From positions 23,261,827-23,325,565 of the forward strand of contig JAUZTB010000017.1 in assembly GCA_034780895.1 (NCBI GenBank): 63,739 nt of DNA. Reading direction: 5' to 3'. The position numbers and the translations under genes were made by a program. The notes beneath the pieces were generated by a model, which did not search any database, was not told where the DNA came from, and worked only from the letters and a program-made list of their open reading frames with translations. This DNA is from Rhynchobatus australiae (taxonomy: Eukaryota). Positions 51,783 to 63,739 of this stretch are shown here, piece by piece. How positions within the stretch are numbered: the first letter of the stretch is position 1; the number at the start of each line of letters is the position of its first letter.

Positions 51783-52345
51783 GTACAGTTTGCTGCTTTC
51801 TTGGACCGGGTGGCTCTCCAACTCTGAATAACTTGAGTAAAGACGCAGTGACAATCCGCCAGAATAGTGACAAACGGGGCTTGCACAACGTTTTGAGGAC
51901 TTTTTTTTAAAAAAGTAATGTTTTTAATATTCAAGCATGCATGTTTTAATTATATAATGCTTTTAAAATTCATGCAAGCATCCCATGTATGTTTTAAAAG
52001 TTTGCAAGTAGACACCCACCTCCTGGTTCTTCAATGTGTTGCCCTGGATTGCTAACATTGCACCCCAAATACAGACAGCCTAAGCGTATAAAATCAACGC
52101 GATTGCAGTGAAGATGTTCTGCAAAAACCTGGTGCTTGCAAAAACTGGAGAAGCTACTTGTCAAAACAAAACCTGTTTCATTTCTAGTTTGTTCTTCCCG
52201 CTCCACTGGGTTGTGGTAGGGTAGGTGGTGTGTGTGTGTGTGTGTNNNNNNNNNNNNNNNNNNNNNNNNNNNNNNNNNNNNNNNNNNNNNNNNNNNNNNN
52301 NNNNNNNNNNNNNNNNNNNNNNNNNNNNNNNNNNNNNNNNNNNNN

Positions 52346-52382
<37 letters not shown>

Positions 52383-52613
52383 TTTAATGGGGGAGATAAA
52401 CTCTTTGATCTCATCAGCTACTATCTTACACTGACATGTTCACGTTTACTATTTTTTTCTCCCATATCTTGTTTCAAATTACATTTTCTGCTTCTACGGT
52501 CGGGAGACTAGGATGGGACGGGCAACAAAGTTTTTTTTACATTAAGCAAGTTTCACAAATTATTCACAAGGTCGCTCGGTTTAAACGTTGTTTCTTCTTG
52601 TTTGTCATTCTAG
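51783..52613 (+). other. Single GT-AG intron of foxi2 (phase 1, within DPG/KG)
   Basis: GT at 51783-51784 and AG at 52612-52613; splicing restores the canonical forkhead wing sequence DDPGKGNYW. Confidence 0.93.
52228..52383. repeat. (GT)n microsatellite in the foxi2 intron, spanning a 100-N gap
   Basis: GT runs on both sides of the gap 52246-52345. Confidence 0.95.
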
Positions 52614-53173
52614 GTAAAGGTAACTACTGGACTTTGGATCCCAATTGCGAAAAAATGTTTGACAATGGGAATTTCAGGAGGAAGAGGAAACGCAGATCTG
52701 ACACCACAGGTCCCAGTGGTCATGGGGCTGGTGATAAGACCGACAACACCACTGGTGGGATCATTAGACCATCAGATACAGCCAGTGTCCTGGGTTCGAC
52801 TTCCCCTGGATTGGAGAGCTCCCCCGGAACCGCAAGCGATTCTAAACCCTCGCCTCCGCCAAGCATACAATCCAATTCCTGCTTCAGTAACTTTGTGTCC
52901 AATATGAGTTCCATGATCAGCGGGAACAATGGGATGAACAGGCCGGTTTCCTCGGGTGGATTGATGGGAGACTTATCACAAGGCAGGCAAAATCTGTCCG
53001 GACTCAATACATATTCACCTTCGCATAACTCAATACACAACACAGTTGACATCCACAATCGACTGAATTGCTATCAATCTACCGTTCCTAATCAACAAAG
53101 CGGACTTAGCGGCCCCCTGTGCAACTTCAGCGTCAATAACCTAATCTACAGCAGAGAGGGCACAGAGGTTTAA
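52614..53173 (+). CDS. foxi2: Forkhead box I2-like transcription factor, coding exon 2
   Basis: Polypyrimidine tract tttcttcttgtttgtcattctAG| then (G)GT AAA GGT AAC = [28 protein letters not shown] (end of forkhead domain plus basic NLS); S/G/N-rich tail ending [18 protein letters not shown], a FoxI-type C-terminus. Spliced length 431+164+560 = 1155 nt = 384 aa + stop, in frame. Confidence 0.92.
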
Positions 53174-53412
53174 CAGGAAAGATTGGAAATACAAAATGTT
53201 GAAAACCTAGATAGAAACAGAGAAAGTACGTTTATCTATAAATATAGAATAACGATGTAAGTAATGTGTTTAGTGTAGTTTGGTATAAATGGTTTGTTCT
53301 CGTGTTAAAAGTGCCCTTATTATCAATGTAAAGAATCAATACAATTATGTTTACTTTTAACTGGCCTTTCGTCACAAATCATTTGTTTACATAAGCAACA
53401 CTATGCAAAATG

Positions 53413-53418
53413 ATTAAA
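53413..53418 (+). terminator. Candidate polyadenylation signal (ATTAAA) for foxi2
   Basis: First ATTAAA hexamer I noticed 3' of the stop; others lie near 53798 and 53869, so the used site is unknown. Confidence 0.25.
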
Positions 53419-56400
53419 AGGCTGGATTGTCAAGCGAACATTGTTTCAAACGCGTAGATGGCAAATAATGCACTAAGTAGTCAATTAATTAATTAATTTT
53501 TCAGATGAATGCGTTATGTATCTAGTTGTCACAGATTTTAGGGGGAAAACTGTTTTTTGGTTGTCGCACACGGAGAACTAAATAGTTTTGTAATGCTGAA
53601 ATACGAAGTTTTCTGAATTAATGTTTTAAGATGTAGTTATATGACCTAGCGTTCAGTAAACTCCTTGAGTGACCTGTGTATATTTGGCACGGTGATATTC
53701 TGTCTGATAATTCTGCACCGTCGTGTTGAAGTTGTGTTGCAACATATCACTTGCATTTTCTGTTTTTAAACTCGTATTCCCTGTTTTCACCTTACAAATT
53801 AAACAGTTTACCTTCTTTAAACAAAGCCTCTCGGAGTTTTCATGTGTAACGCAGTTTAGCAACAAAAAATTAAACGTATGAAAGTTCTAGATATTGCATA
53901 ACAAATCTGGAAACTTTTTCAAAAGTATACTTATCAAATAGACTAGATAGAGATTTATCGCGGTTAGCAGCAAACATTTATTTAAACTGATCAAGTTTCT
54001 ACCCAGGCTTTAGCCAGAGTTCCTTGATAACCTAATCGTAGGTACGGAAGGAGACTTTATCTCTCTCGTTGGAATATGCATGGCCAAAATGTTATTGTTT
54101 TAGTTAAATAGATTATATACACTATATTAACTCTTCGCGTATCAAAATTGACGTACAAATAACTTGAACTCCGGCGTCTTGTTATTTACTTGTTGAGAAA
54201 ATATGTTGAATTAGTATATGAAACAGTGCTGAACTGAGAATAGTCGCCAACATATTTGCTTGTATGCAGTTGGTATTTTAATTATTATAATCTTAAACAG
54301 CAGTTTCTATTTTGGCACGGCGAGTATACCTCACAAACAATTATCATTTAATTAGGTAAAAAGAAATTGCTTTTCATGGATTCTTACTCAACAACGAAGG
54401 AGAACAAACTTAGTTTATGCGGAGCTGCCTGTCGTCGCAGAACCTTGGCGTTATTGAATTTCTCCCTCTAAAGCACAGCGTGGGAAAGAGACTCTGGAAG
54501 ATGGGATGCCCTGTTGCTTTAAAGTGGATTAAATGCAAATTAATAAAACGGGAAACCGAAGGCGGAAATGTTAATTTCGTGCTGAAAGACTACCCGATGC
54601 TTGAGAACGCTAAAAGTGGAGAGCGACGACTATAAAGTTGTGCCACTTTATCCTATTGGGATCTGACCGGTCAAATGCAATGGCAGACGTCCCTCTGGTC
54701 GCTCGGCGATTCACCAAGGCACTTTGCGCAGACTATTGCAGTAATACTTCTTATACTTACTTTTATCCGCCTAATTTTTATCCTGCTTTGTGGCTGATAT
54801 TGTTGCAGTAATTAGCAGTGGTGAGTTTTGACAAGTTGTAATTGTTAAATTCCACAGATTACGTCATCGTCAATTAAATTAGTTATTTGGGTTGGCGAAG
54901 GAAGGTATCAGTCTGGTGAAATTACCCGGAAACTGGGTGTGTTTACTTTGGGCGAAGCAAATAAACAACAATTGAAACCGAATCTTTTGGAGAGAGCCCG
55001 GCTCAGGGCACGCAGGAGTTTCGGGTTTCCTTCAGCTTGCGGCAGTGGGGATCGACCCACGCTGATTAAATGGAATCGCGGCTTTATTGACGCTACAGTA
55101 TGCTTTAGAATTAATAAAATTATAATTCAAGTGGAAGTACAGGTTTTAAACGGAAGAAAATATCAGGTTAACCTTTTTGACACATATTTGAGGACTTTGG
55201 AGTTCCAAGTGACAATCTGCGTTCCGATTACTGCAGTTCCTCGGTAAATACGATACGTTGCCGCTTGCGCTCAGCGTTTACTCATCTTTAATCGCGTTTT
55301 ATTTTGCGAGGTGTTATTTGTTAAAGGCATGACTGGAACCAAAAATAAAACTTGGATTTTCGTCATCTTTTCTGTGGAAAACTTCAGAAAGACAGAGAAA
55401 TCTGCACTAATTAAGAGATTTTGTCTCAAGGAATGAAGCGTCCCTAATTGTCACATCCTTCATTAGACCGACATGAGTTGTGTTTTTACTGATTAATTCA
55501 TAATCTTTTGATTAATTCCTTGCCAATTTATGCATAATCTTTTAATCGGATTCCTTATAAGCACCGGTAAAAAAGAGGAAGGGAAGATTATACGTTATCT
55601 TTTATATTATAGAACATAAACGGATGCAGGTAAATATATTCGAGGAAACTCTGAGGTTCACTGTAGACATTGAATTAACTTATTTAATTACCCGGGCATA
55701 CAAGAGGCATCTTGCTGAACAAATATACCCGAGCCTTGTTTACTCAACTATCGGTTGAAGTAAAAATGAAAACAAATTTCTTTTTTTTGATCCTTTTCAC
55801 TAAAAAGGCCTCAAGTGCTCAAGTACTAATAATACTCAAGTACAAAAACGCATCAAGTGAACCTTGCCTAATGCAATTTGACTTCGACCAACGATATCCA
55901 AACATTAGCATAGATGCCCAAAGCCTGGTTAAAGAGATGAGGATAAGGAGTGACTCAAAGGATAAAAGCGAGATAGAGAGTTGGAGAGGCGCTGAAAGTG
56001 CGATTCCAGAAGTAGGGACCAGACCCCTGAAAGTTGCATATCCGCAATACCGAACGTGTGCTGGGACAGAGCTAACGTGGACGTTAATTGTGTGGGGAAC
56101 TCGCCGATTTGCTTGAACAACACATTAATGACTGGCTTTACATACAGATTTTGAAAAGTTTAATCGTGCGTGGCATTTAATCCGGGCCCCCGCAGCGCCG
56201 GTCTTTAATTAAACGCTTTGCAGAAAAGGATTGCTTGTCTCAATTTTTAAATACCATTTATTTTATAAAATGTAATACCACAAGGTTTTTGGTGGTTATT
56301 GAAATCCTATCAGTACATATTTTTGTTTTGTACATTTTTACAGTACAAACACAGTACATTTTTACATCGTATGGCTCTGGTGCAATTTTACTTTGGAATA

Positions 56401-56467
56401 TGATTTAAATTAATTTTTGGTAAAATAAAATAAAACAATATATGGAGCTTTTGTTCATTCAGTTTGG

Positions 56468-56495
56468 CAGACTTACAGCATCAGACTTACAGCAT
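56468..56495. repeat. Perfect 14-bp tandem duplication
   Basis: cagacttacagcat at 56468-56481 and 56482-56495. Confidence 0.9.
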
Positions 56496-59400
56496 CAACG
56501 TTGACAGTTTGCCATCACAAGATTCCGTGAAAGTCTTAGCAGCATTTTACGTACTAAAAGTTAGCTTCGTTTTGTTTTAAATAGAACGGCTATTCCCCAA
56601 TAAGAGGGGAAATTGCTGTTACTTTCGTGTCTGGTAAAACGAAATATTACAATGGATAAGCACGATTTTTCTGTGATTTCTTGTGGCATTCAAGGTTTTA
56701 ATTGTACCGCCCTCTTCCGCCAACTACAGAACAGAAGGTGAGACTGGAGTATTGGCTGCTTGTCACTTTGGATGAAGCGGATGTGGGGCGAAAATTCGAA
56801 GCCTGTTTCGAAAGTTCAGTTTTACTCTTGGCCACTGATTACTGTACACACATATTTTGCTTTCTTGCAAATTAATTGGATTATTTGGGTTCATTTCTGA
56901 ACTTGCTACCCTTCCAATTAAGAACACAACTCCTTTTGCTTGCCGCTAAGAGGCCGAGTTTTAGAGTAATTAAAAACCAAGTGACATTGTAACAGCAGAG
57001 CGTCCAAACAAACCATCTCGATGCAAACAAAAACCTTCACAGAATAGGAGATGGGCCAATAATCACGCTGGAAGACTAAAATGTAATGGCTGTAGAATGT
57101 ATTACTAGAAATCGAGCGAGAGCAGTCTTAAAACAAATAGTTTCAACCCTGCTAATGATCTGATAAGTGACTATTATGTTATTTTCATTATGCGTTATAT
57201 TATCACGTTATTATATGATAAAGGATTTAATTAAGCTAAAGATGCAATTTATTTGTTAGCTTTGAGATTAGAATAAAATTAAATTTCTTTGTGACGTAAA
57301 TGGGTCAAGTTTACATATTGAGGCAACAAGCAGAAATGTCAGAGACATCAAATCACCTGTTAAGAGCAATACTGAAGAACAAGATCATGTAAAAAAAAAG
57401 TTCTGTGTCCACCTGTACATTGTCTACGCCTTTTCTGGAGGTTTGGAAAGGGGAGGCAGAGAGATTTGTCCGGCCTCTCTGAGGGGTGGGGAATGAGTGG
57501 CCTTTCAGTTTCAATGGCTGCAGCCGCCGAACTGAAGATATTCTTTCAATCAAAAATCGAAGATACAAACATGTTGCTTGTTAGATTTTCACGTAAAAAT
57601 AAAGTTACCTCCACACTGGGCGGTAGAATGGCCGGCCTCTTAAAGAGCATTTTGTGCGGCAAGGCGAAACTGAGCGGGGCCGTGGTTTGTTTCAATCTCC
57701 TGAAACATCTCTGAACAAGTTAACCAATGCCCCGCGCACTGGGGAACACCTCCTGCGATCCGAGCCAAATACGCTTGACCTCGTGTCTGGGGAACGAATT
57801 TTCTTCTGGATGCAGTCACCAGCAATAGGGACACCCTTCAAAACACAGCGAGCAATTCGTGCAGTTGGCTTTCGGGAACCAGGTATTGCACGCTGATGTT
57901 TTGCACAATGCAGAGGTATCTCTATTTTACATATCAACAAGATAAAGTGTTTGACGTGACGTATAACGCCAACACGATCTAAAAACAACGTAAACGTGTT
58001 TTGATCATAATCAAATATATTTTTTGAATAACTGATTATTTGAATAGTGGAAAAAGTAACAAAAGTCATATTCGTCTGCAGGGCAGGATCCTGGGAATTT
58101 ACATTGCGCTTGAAATATGGAGAAGGGGAATGGGTTTAATGGGAATGATCTGAAAAGCAGCCGGATAACCTCCTCCTTTGCCGTATTGTGCCGAACTGAC
58201 GAGAGGAATAGAAGCATCCCACTTTAAGATGAAATAATGAATTGTCGACAATTTAAATCGTCAACGGGACTTATCTTACATTCTTGGAGCAGTCAACAGA
58301 CAAATTATTCACTCCGGTATCCAGCTATAAATAGTTAAAACGCGTTTCTAGTGTAACTTGTACTGCATGGACGCACTTAAAGATTAACAGAAACTGTGCG
58401 AAATCACCAATTGGCCAGAGTCAATTAATGTCTCTAATAAGCCGCCTGTGCTATAATGTACATATTAACCATGTGGAATTCGGCAATAACATTTTTTTCC
58501 ATAAGGTTTGTGTATAACTGTTCTCTGTTTTCATCTTAAACTCTTGGAGCACTGGGACATTCCTAATACATGGTGAAAATAACGAAAGTCGTAATTCCCA
58601 CAATTTAGCATTCGAGTATTTGACAGGAGAGGAAGCATTTTCTTAGACAATATCCACCGTGACCAAAGGAAATCATTTTCTAAAATAACAGTTCTACAAA
58701 TCTGGATTCGGTACCACAAAAAAAAAAGCCTCTGAGCATTCCAGGACCCATCATTTAGCGATTGTTGTCATGTGGGCAAACAGTTAACAACTCGACTGGA
58801 TTATGTCACCTCATATCGTTAGTTACTGTATTTATTCTTTATATTATTTAATAGTACCACATTANNNNNNNNNNNNNNNNNNNNNNNNNNNNNNNNNNNN
58901 NNNNNNNNNNNNNNNNNNNNNNNNNNNNNNNNNNNNNNNNNNNNNNNNNNNNNNNNNNNNNNNNNNNNNNNNNNNNNNNNNNNNNNNACCAGTAGAGTCA
59001 TTTAAGAAAAAGCAACAGTTACAGGTTGCACTGGCTACCTTCTCTCACCACCCGAGGTACTTAAAGATGAAGTAGAATTCAATGCAAAATGTTAAACCCA
59101 TTCCTATGAATTGGCTACCCATGAATTGGATTGCCGAGCTTTGTCCACATGATTCAGTCAAGTTTGATGTGAGCTGCAATGGCGACGAAAATCATAAAAC
59201 TGTTGCTACTCTGAATGCAATTGGCCTTTCCCAAGTCTTCGTGAATTATTTGTTAAATCAACGCAAATTCTCAAAGACTGAAATAAATCTGTAAATGAAA
59301 CCAGAAGAAACCCATTTCACTGACAGAAGCAGCAGGAAATGAATCCATACCCAGGTGTTATCTTACTCCTCTTGGCTTCTCAACACCAAAAGACAAAGGA

Positions 59401-62400
59401 AGGCATAGAAATGTAACTATGAATACTTCAAATGTTTACAGTTTTGATAGTTAGATAAGAACTAATAATGTGCTACTCATGTTCTTCCTGAGGACCATAT
59501 TAGAGTATCAACACAGTTTGGATACTTGAATAATAATCTTAAAAGTTAATTTAATGTAAATGGGATGACATATTACATTCAATTATCATTTCATTTAGTT
59601 TCATTTATTTTATTTTAGTTTGATATAATTAAAATTATTGCAATGTTAATTTTATATTGAATGGCATGTAGATTTGGATACAGCTTTGCTCTGACCTTGC
59701 CTTCAACCATGCATCTGACCTGTCACAAAAATCATCTGCTTCTACCTTCAAAAAATATCCATTTCCAATTTTGCACAAATTCTTGACTATATTTCAGTAC
59801 TTTTCATTGCCTTTCAGACTCTGATCTGGATAAACTCCCATTGGTATGGAAATTTTTTGCCCAAGTTTCCATCACACAAAATCTTGTTCATTAAATCTTC
59901 CACTCCCTGTGGAACTGAATTGCCTTTTCTTTCTCAGCACTTAAATATAAATCCTTTAATTTTAATTGTTTGATTGAGCGATCAAAAGATTAAGACTAAC
60001 ATGCAACAAGCCACAGGTGTAAGAAAAAATGATGCTCCAGCCAAATGCCGAATGCACCATTTCTTCTTCCACCTGTGGCTTGTAGCATATTTCTCTTCTG
60101 TTAAATTTGTTGGTGATTTTGTTTACCACACCCTCACTTTCTGGAACTCCTTCCCCAATTTCTATTCCTTGCTATTTCTGTCATGGTTCTGAGTACTGGC
60201 CCTTGNNNNNNNNNNNNNNNNNNNNNNNNNNNNNNNNNNNNNNNNNNNNNNNNNNNNNNNNNNNNNNNNNNNNNNNNNNNNNNNNNNNNNNNNNNNNNNN
60301 NNNNNNNNNNNNNNNNNNNNNNNNNNNNNNNNNNNNNNNNNNNNNNNNNNNNNNNNNNNNNNNNNNNNNNNNNNNNNNNNNNNNNNNNNNNNNNNNNNNN
60401 NNNNNNNNNNNNNNNNNNNNNNNNNNNNNNNNNNNNNNNNNNNNNNNNNNNNNNNNNNNNNNNNNNNNNNNNNNNNNNNNNNNNNNNNNNNNNNNNNNNN
60501 NNNNNNNNNNNNNNNNNNNNNNNNNNNNNNNNNNNNNNNNNNNNNNNNNNNNNNNNNNNNNNNNNNNNNNNNNNNNNCAAAATTCTAGCAGGAGTAAAAA
60601 TGAAATAATGCATTATCAAAAATAGTATCAGAATCAGTTGTCCCTGATAACTACTTGTGTAAGTGTAAGCAATATTTACTGTATTGTAAGGAAAATAAAG
60701 TGTAATTTTATATTTCATCTACATTTGATACTTTATGCAAAATAATATGGTGTCCTAATGTACCATCCTGCACAAGTTGTATCTTTTATATATTTTGTGA
60801 TAATTCATTATTCAACATAGTACTTTACATTAGAGAAAATAAATTAAAATATATTCTACTGTTAAAATGCACAAGACTAATTATACTTATCTGAGTTTCG
60901 GCAGTGTAGATAGCATAGCAAACTGCTCATTTAGTCTTCTATTTTGTATGCTTCACTGCTCTGCATTATCCCCAAGGCTACTTTACCTCAGTACCGGAAT
61001 TGCGCTAAACCAGGTCTGCTTGACTTGGTCCTGGATAGGTAGATTGGAGTTTTGTTTTTAACATGCCTGAGGGTTTGGGTTTGGCCATATATCTCTGGAC
61101 AGGGGTGACACACTAAGAGTGTGAACCTGTAATACTTTAATGAAAGGTTTCAGGCTCAGGGGATCAAGACCAAATAGAGGAGATCTTAATTACAGGGCCT
61201 GAATTCTGCATGCTTTCCTTCAACAATATAATCTGCTAAGGAGAAAGGAACATTCTTCTGCTCTTGATATCCTCCTAATGCTCACAGAGGAAAATACATG
61301 AACAGCAATGTTAAGAAAGGTTAGGTGTCACTCCACGGGCAAAACAATGGAAAAAGACAACACTTCCTGAAGTTGTAGTGTTAGGAACAAGAGATCACTG
61401 CAACTAAGGGTCACCATCCATCTCATATGTCATGGGCCAGGATAGACACTATAATCTGCAGATTTCCTGTTAAACTACGATTATGAGAGATGAGTTTATT
61501 GCTTTAAGTTGTGGATTTGAATTATGGTACTTGTCACAGTTGTCTCTGTCAGAGGGCACGGGCCAGACCATTTACAGGAGTATTAAATTCTGCTATTCAG
61601 CAATCTGAGTACGAGTGTCAGTGTACTGAAGAAAGGATTAATTGCATTATTTCAAAATTAATTTCATTAAAGCACAGGTAATTTACTAAACATGATGTAT
61701 TGGAGACTACTTATTTTACCCAAGGTGTTCAGAGTGTAAATAATTTTGTTTTTTTTTAACTTTATACTTTACTGCATTAAATAACCATCTTGAAATCTGC
61801 TTTGTTAATCTACCCTTTCAGTATGTGTTTGGTTTTCAATAAAACTTTACAAAAGGCTGGAATATAGCTCTTTATGTAGTTAGTATTAAACTTTCTTTCT
61901 GTTTTCTTATATATCATTGGCTGAAAGATCACAGAATAATAAAAAAAAATGTGGACATGTCTCATGCATGGATATTTTGGCCCATTCTACCTGTGCTATT
62001 CCAATCTCCATTCCAGAGATTTACTGACCACTAAATGTCCTCCTACATCCACGTTACTTACTTGCTCTAAATGATTTCCTGGAACCAGGCCTCATTTTCA
62101 GAAAAGAACCTTGAATGCATTCCATAAACATTTCTTCATTTGTGCATTGTTATTAGTCTTAACTCCAGTTAGCTTCTGGATTGTTAAAGTTCCCTATTTA
62201 TGTGGCCTTAATTAATTCTGTAAATTTCTCTGAATTGTTGACAAATTGCTTTTTTTGTTGTTACTTGGCAACCTATAATGGTCATCAAATATTGGTGTTA
62301 AAGTCTTCTTTATTTCTTAGCATCATATTATAACTTAACTTTCTTCTTAGTGCTATCTTAGTAATGCATACACACAGTAATACCTTACTGCTTATGGTAT

Positions 62401-63524
62401 ATCATCCAGACAACTTAGAGCATGAATGAAAGATGAAGAATAACAATTATGATGAATTTCTCCAGTACCATTCAAGTTCTAATAGATTCTATTGTGTTTT
62501 TTCTTCATATTGTAGATTATTAGTGTATGTCAAAAGGTTATTTGACTGTGGGAAATGTCACAGTTGAGTTGAATTGTTCTTTTCTGATGCGTACAAGTGT
62601 CTATTGCAGCAAGGATCTTTGCATATTGATCAGAAGTGGTAACCCTGCATAATATCCTACCTTAGCCTTGGGATACAGAGACTAATTCTACTGTCACACT
62701 GGCATCTCATAAAGATTAACCAACGTAAATAAATTATAAGCTCGTAACGTTTAGGCAGGATTCTGACTTAGAGGTGTTTAGTCATACTTATTTTCCACCT
62801 GAATGTAATGCAAATTTATGCAAGTAAGTCAGTTGAATTTTTCTTGGATTGATAAATACAAAACAAAACACATTTAGAATTCTTGTTTGTTTATGGACTT
62901 CATTTTCACTGTTGATATTCTCAACTTTAAAGTAAATGTTATGTTTCAACAGTTTGCCTGCACCCTTTACAAGCTTGTGTAAGGCTTTGACAAGAAGTGA
63001 ACTTATCAAAACACACTAGGAAAATCTACATGCCTATTCCAAAGGTCAAAGTAAGTGCATTGAATATGGATGTGAATGAAATGGATGTGAAGCTCATTAC
63101 TGGAGGCCATCATTAATTTTCACTTTGGAAAGCATGACATATAACTGAAAAATTGCATAGCATTTCATTGTTTTTCGCCAACTTATTCTATTTAGAATCA
63201 GAAATTGTCATCCCTCTTTGCCAATTAAACAATATAAATATCAAACAAATTGATATTAAAATTAACATTGACATTCGTTTTCAAATAGTATAGGGACTTC
63301 AGAAATATATGTTTCATGGCTATTAAAACAGATACAATATACATAGATATTGGGAAAAAATAAAGTTATATTTTAACAGATATTCTATTTTATCACATAC
63401 ATTTTCCTGAGGATCCATCTATTATTGTGCTATGATACCCCAGGCAAAAGCACTTCAAACACTCAACCTTAAACAACACTAAGGCAGGCATCAGTATTCA
63501 AATTAATTCTTTTAGGTGTCATTT

Positions 63525-63739
63525 TGACTCCCTTTCCCATTCCCACATTGAGCTGTCTGTCCTCTACTGCCATGGTGGGGCTAAGTAAATTAGAAGAACA
63601 ACACCTCATATTCCTCATGGGTAGCCTATAACCCAATGGTGTGAACATTGAATCTTCCAATTTCAGGTAACCCACAACCCCTGTGTTCCTTTGCCACTCC
63701 TACCAGTCCACTCAGATTTTCTCTTCCTTTGTTTACATT
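63525..63739 (+). mobile_element. Penelope-like element, GIY-YIG C-terminus and start of 3' region (runs off the window)
   Basis: KLEEQHLIFLMGSL*PNGVNIESSNFR* followed by pyrimidine-rich sequence; homologous to 42280-42370. Confidence 0.75.

Noticed and set aside
52436-52613. N-terminal part of the 245-aa ORF (MFTFTIFF...VILG)
   Set aside because: Intronic read-through upstream of the splice acceptor; no FoxI similarity.
52611-52620. TAG|GTAAAG resembling a recursive splice site
   Set aside because: Explained by the conserved Gly-Lys codons at the start of exon 2; the intron is only ~0.8 kb.
55712-56116. 134-aa + strand ORF in the CpG domain
   Set aside because: Non-ATG start, no recognisable domain or splice context; the sequence is better explained as regulatory.
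1-63739. CRISPR arrays, operons, rRNA or other prokaryotic systems
   Set aside because: No regularly spaced direct repeats or dense ORFs; the window is vertebrate intergenic DNA with one spliced gene.

Overview
Eukaryotic, gap-rich draft vertebrate sequence. The repeat content (HE1-like V-SINEs, HER1/CR1 LINEs, DeuSINE, MetaSINE-like, Rex1/Babar, Penelope-like elements) points to a cartilaginous fish, probably a ray; this is inferred from remembered repeat consensus motifs, not from a search. The only supportable protein-coding gene is a two-exon forkhead gene of the FoxI subfamily on the + strand (CDS 51081-53173), most similar to foxi2. Its exon 1 is interrupted by a spurious 100-N gap whose flanks overlap by 7 nt; removing it gives an intact 384-aa protein. 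The first ~49.5 kb is a gene-poor upstream region of decayed retroelements interleaved with unique, motif-rich stretches that may be enhancers. From ~49.6 to ~58.8 kb the sequence is CpG-retaining and free of recognisable interspersed repeats, as expected for a developmental-gene methylation valley; it contains clusters of NK2, forkhead and homeodomain motifs. Leads worth checking: decayed hammerhead-ribozyme cores in Penelope terminal repeats, a Penelope-derived hairpin element, and a weak resemblance to the neuropeptide S precursor at the syntenically expected side of foxi2. I found no convincing novel multi-gene system. Repeat boundaries are approximate (read by eye).
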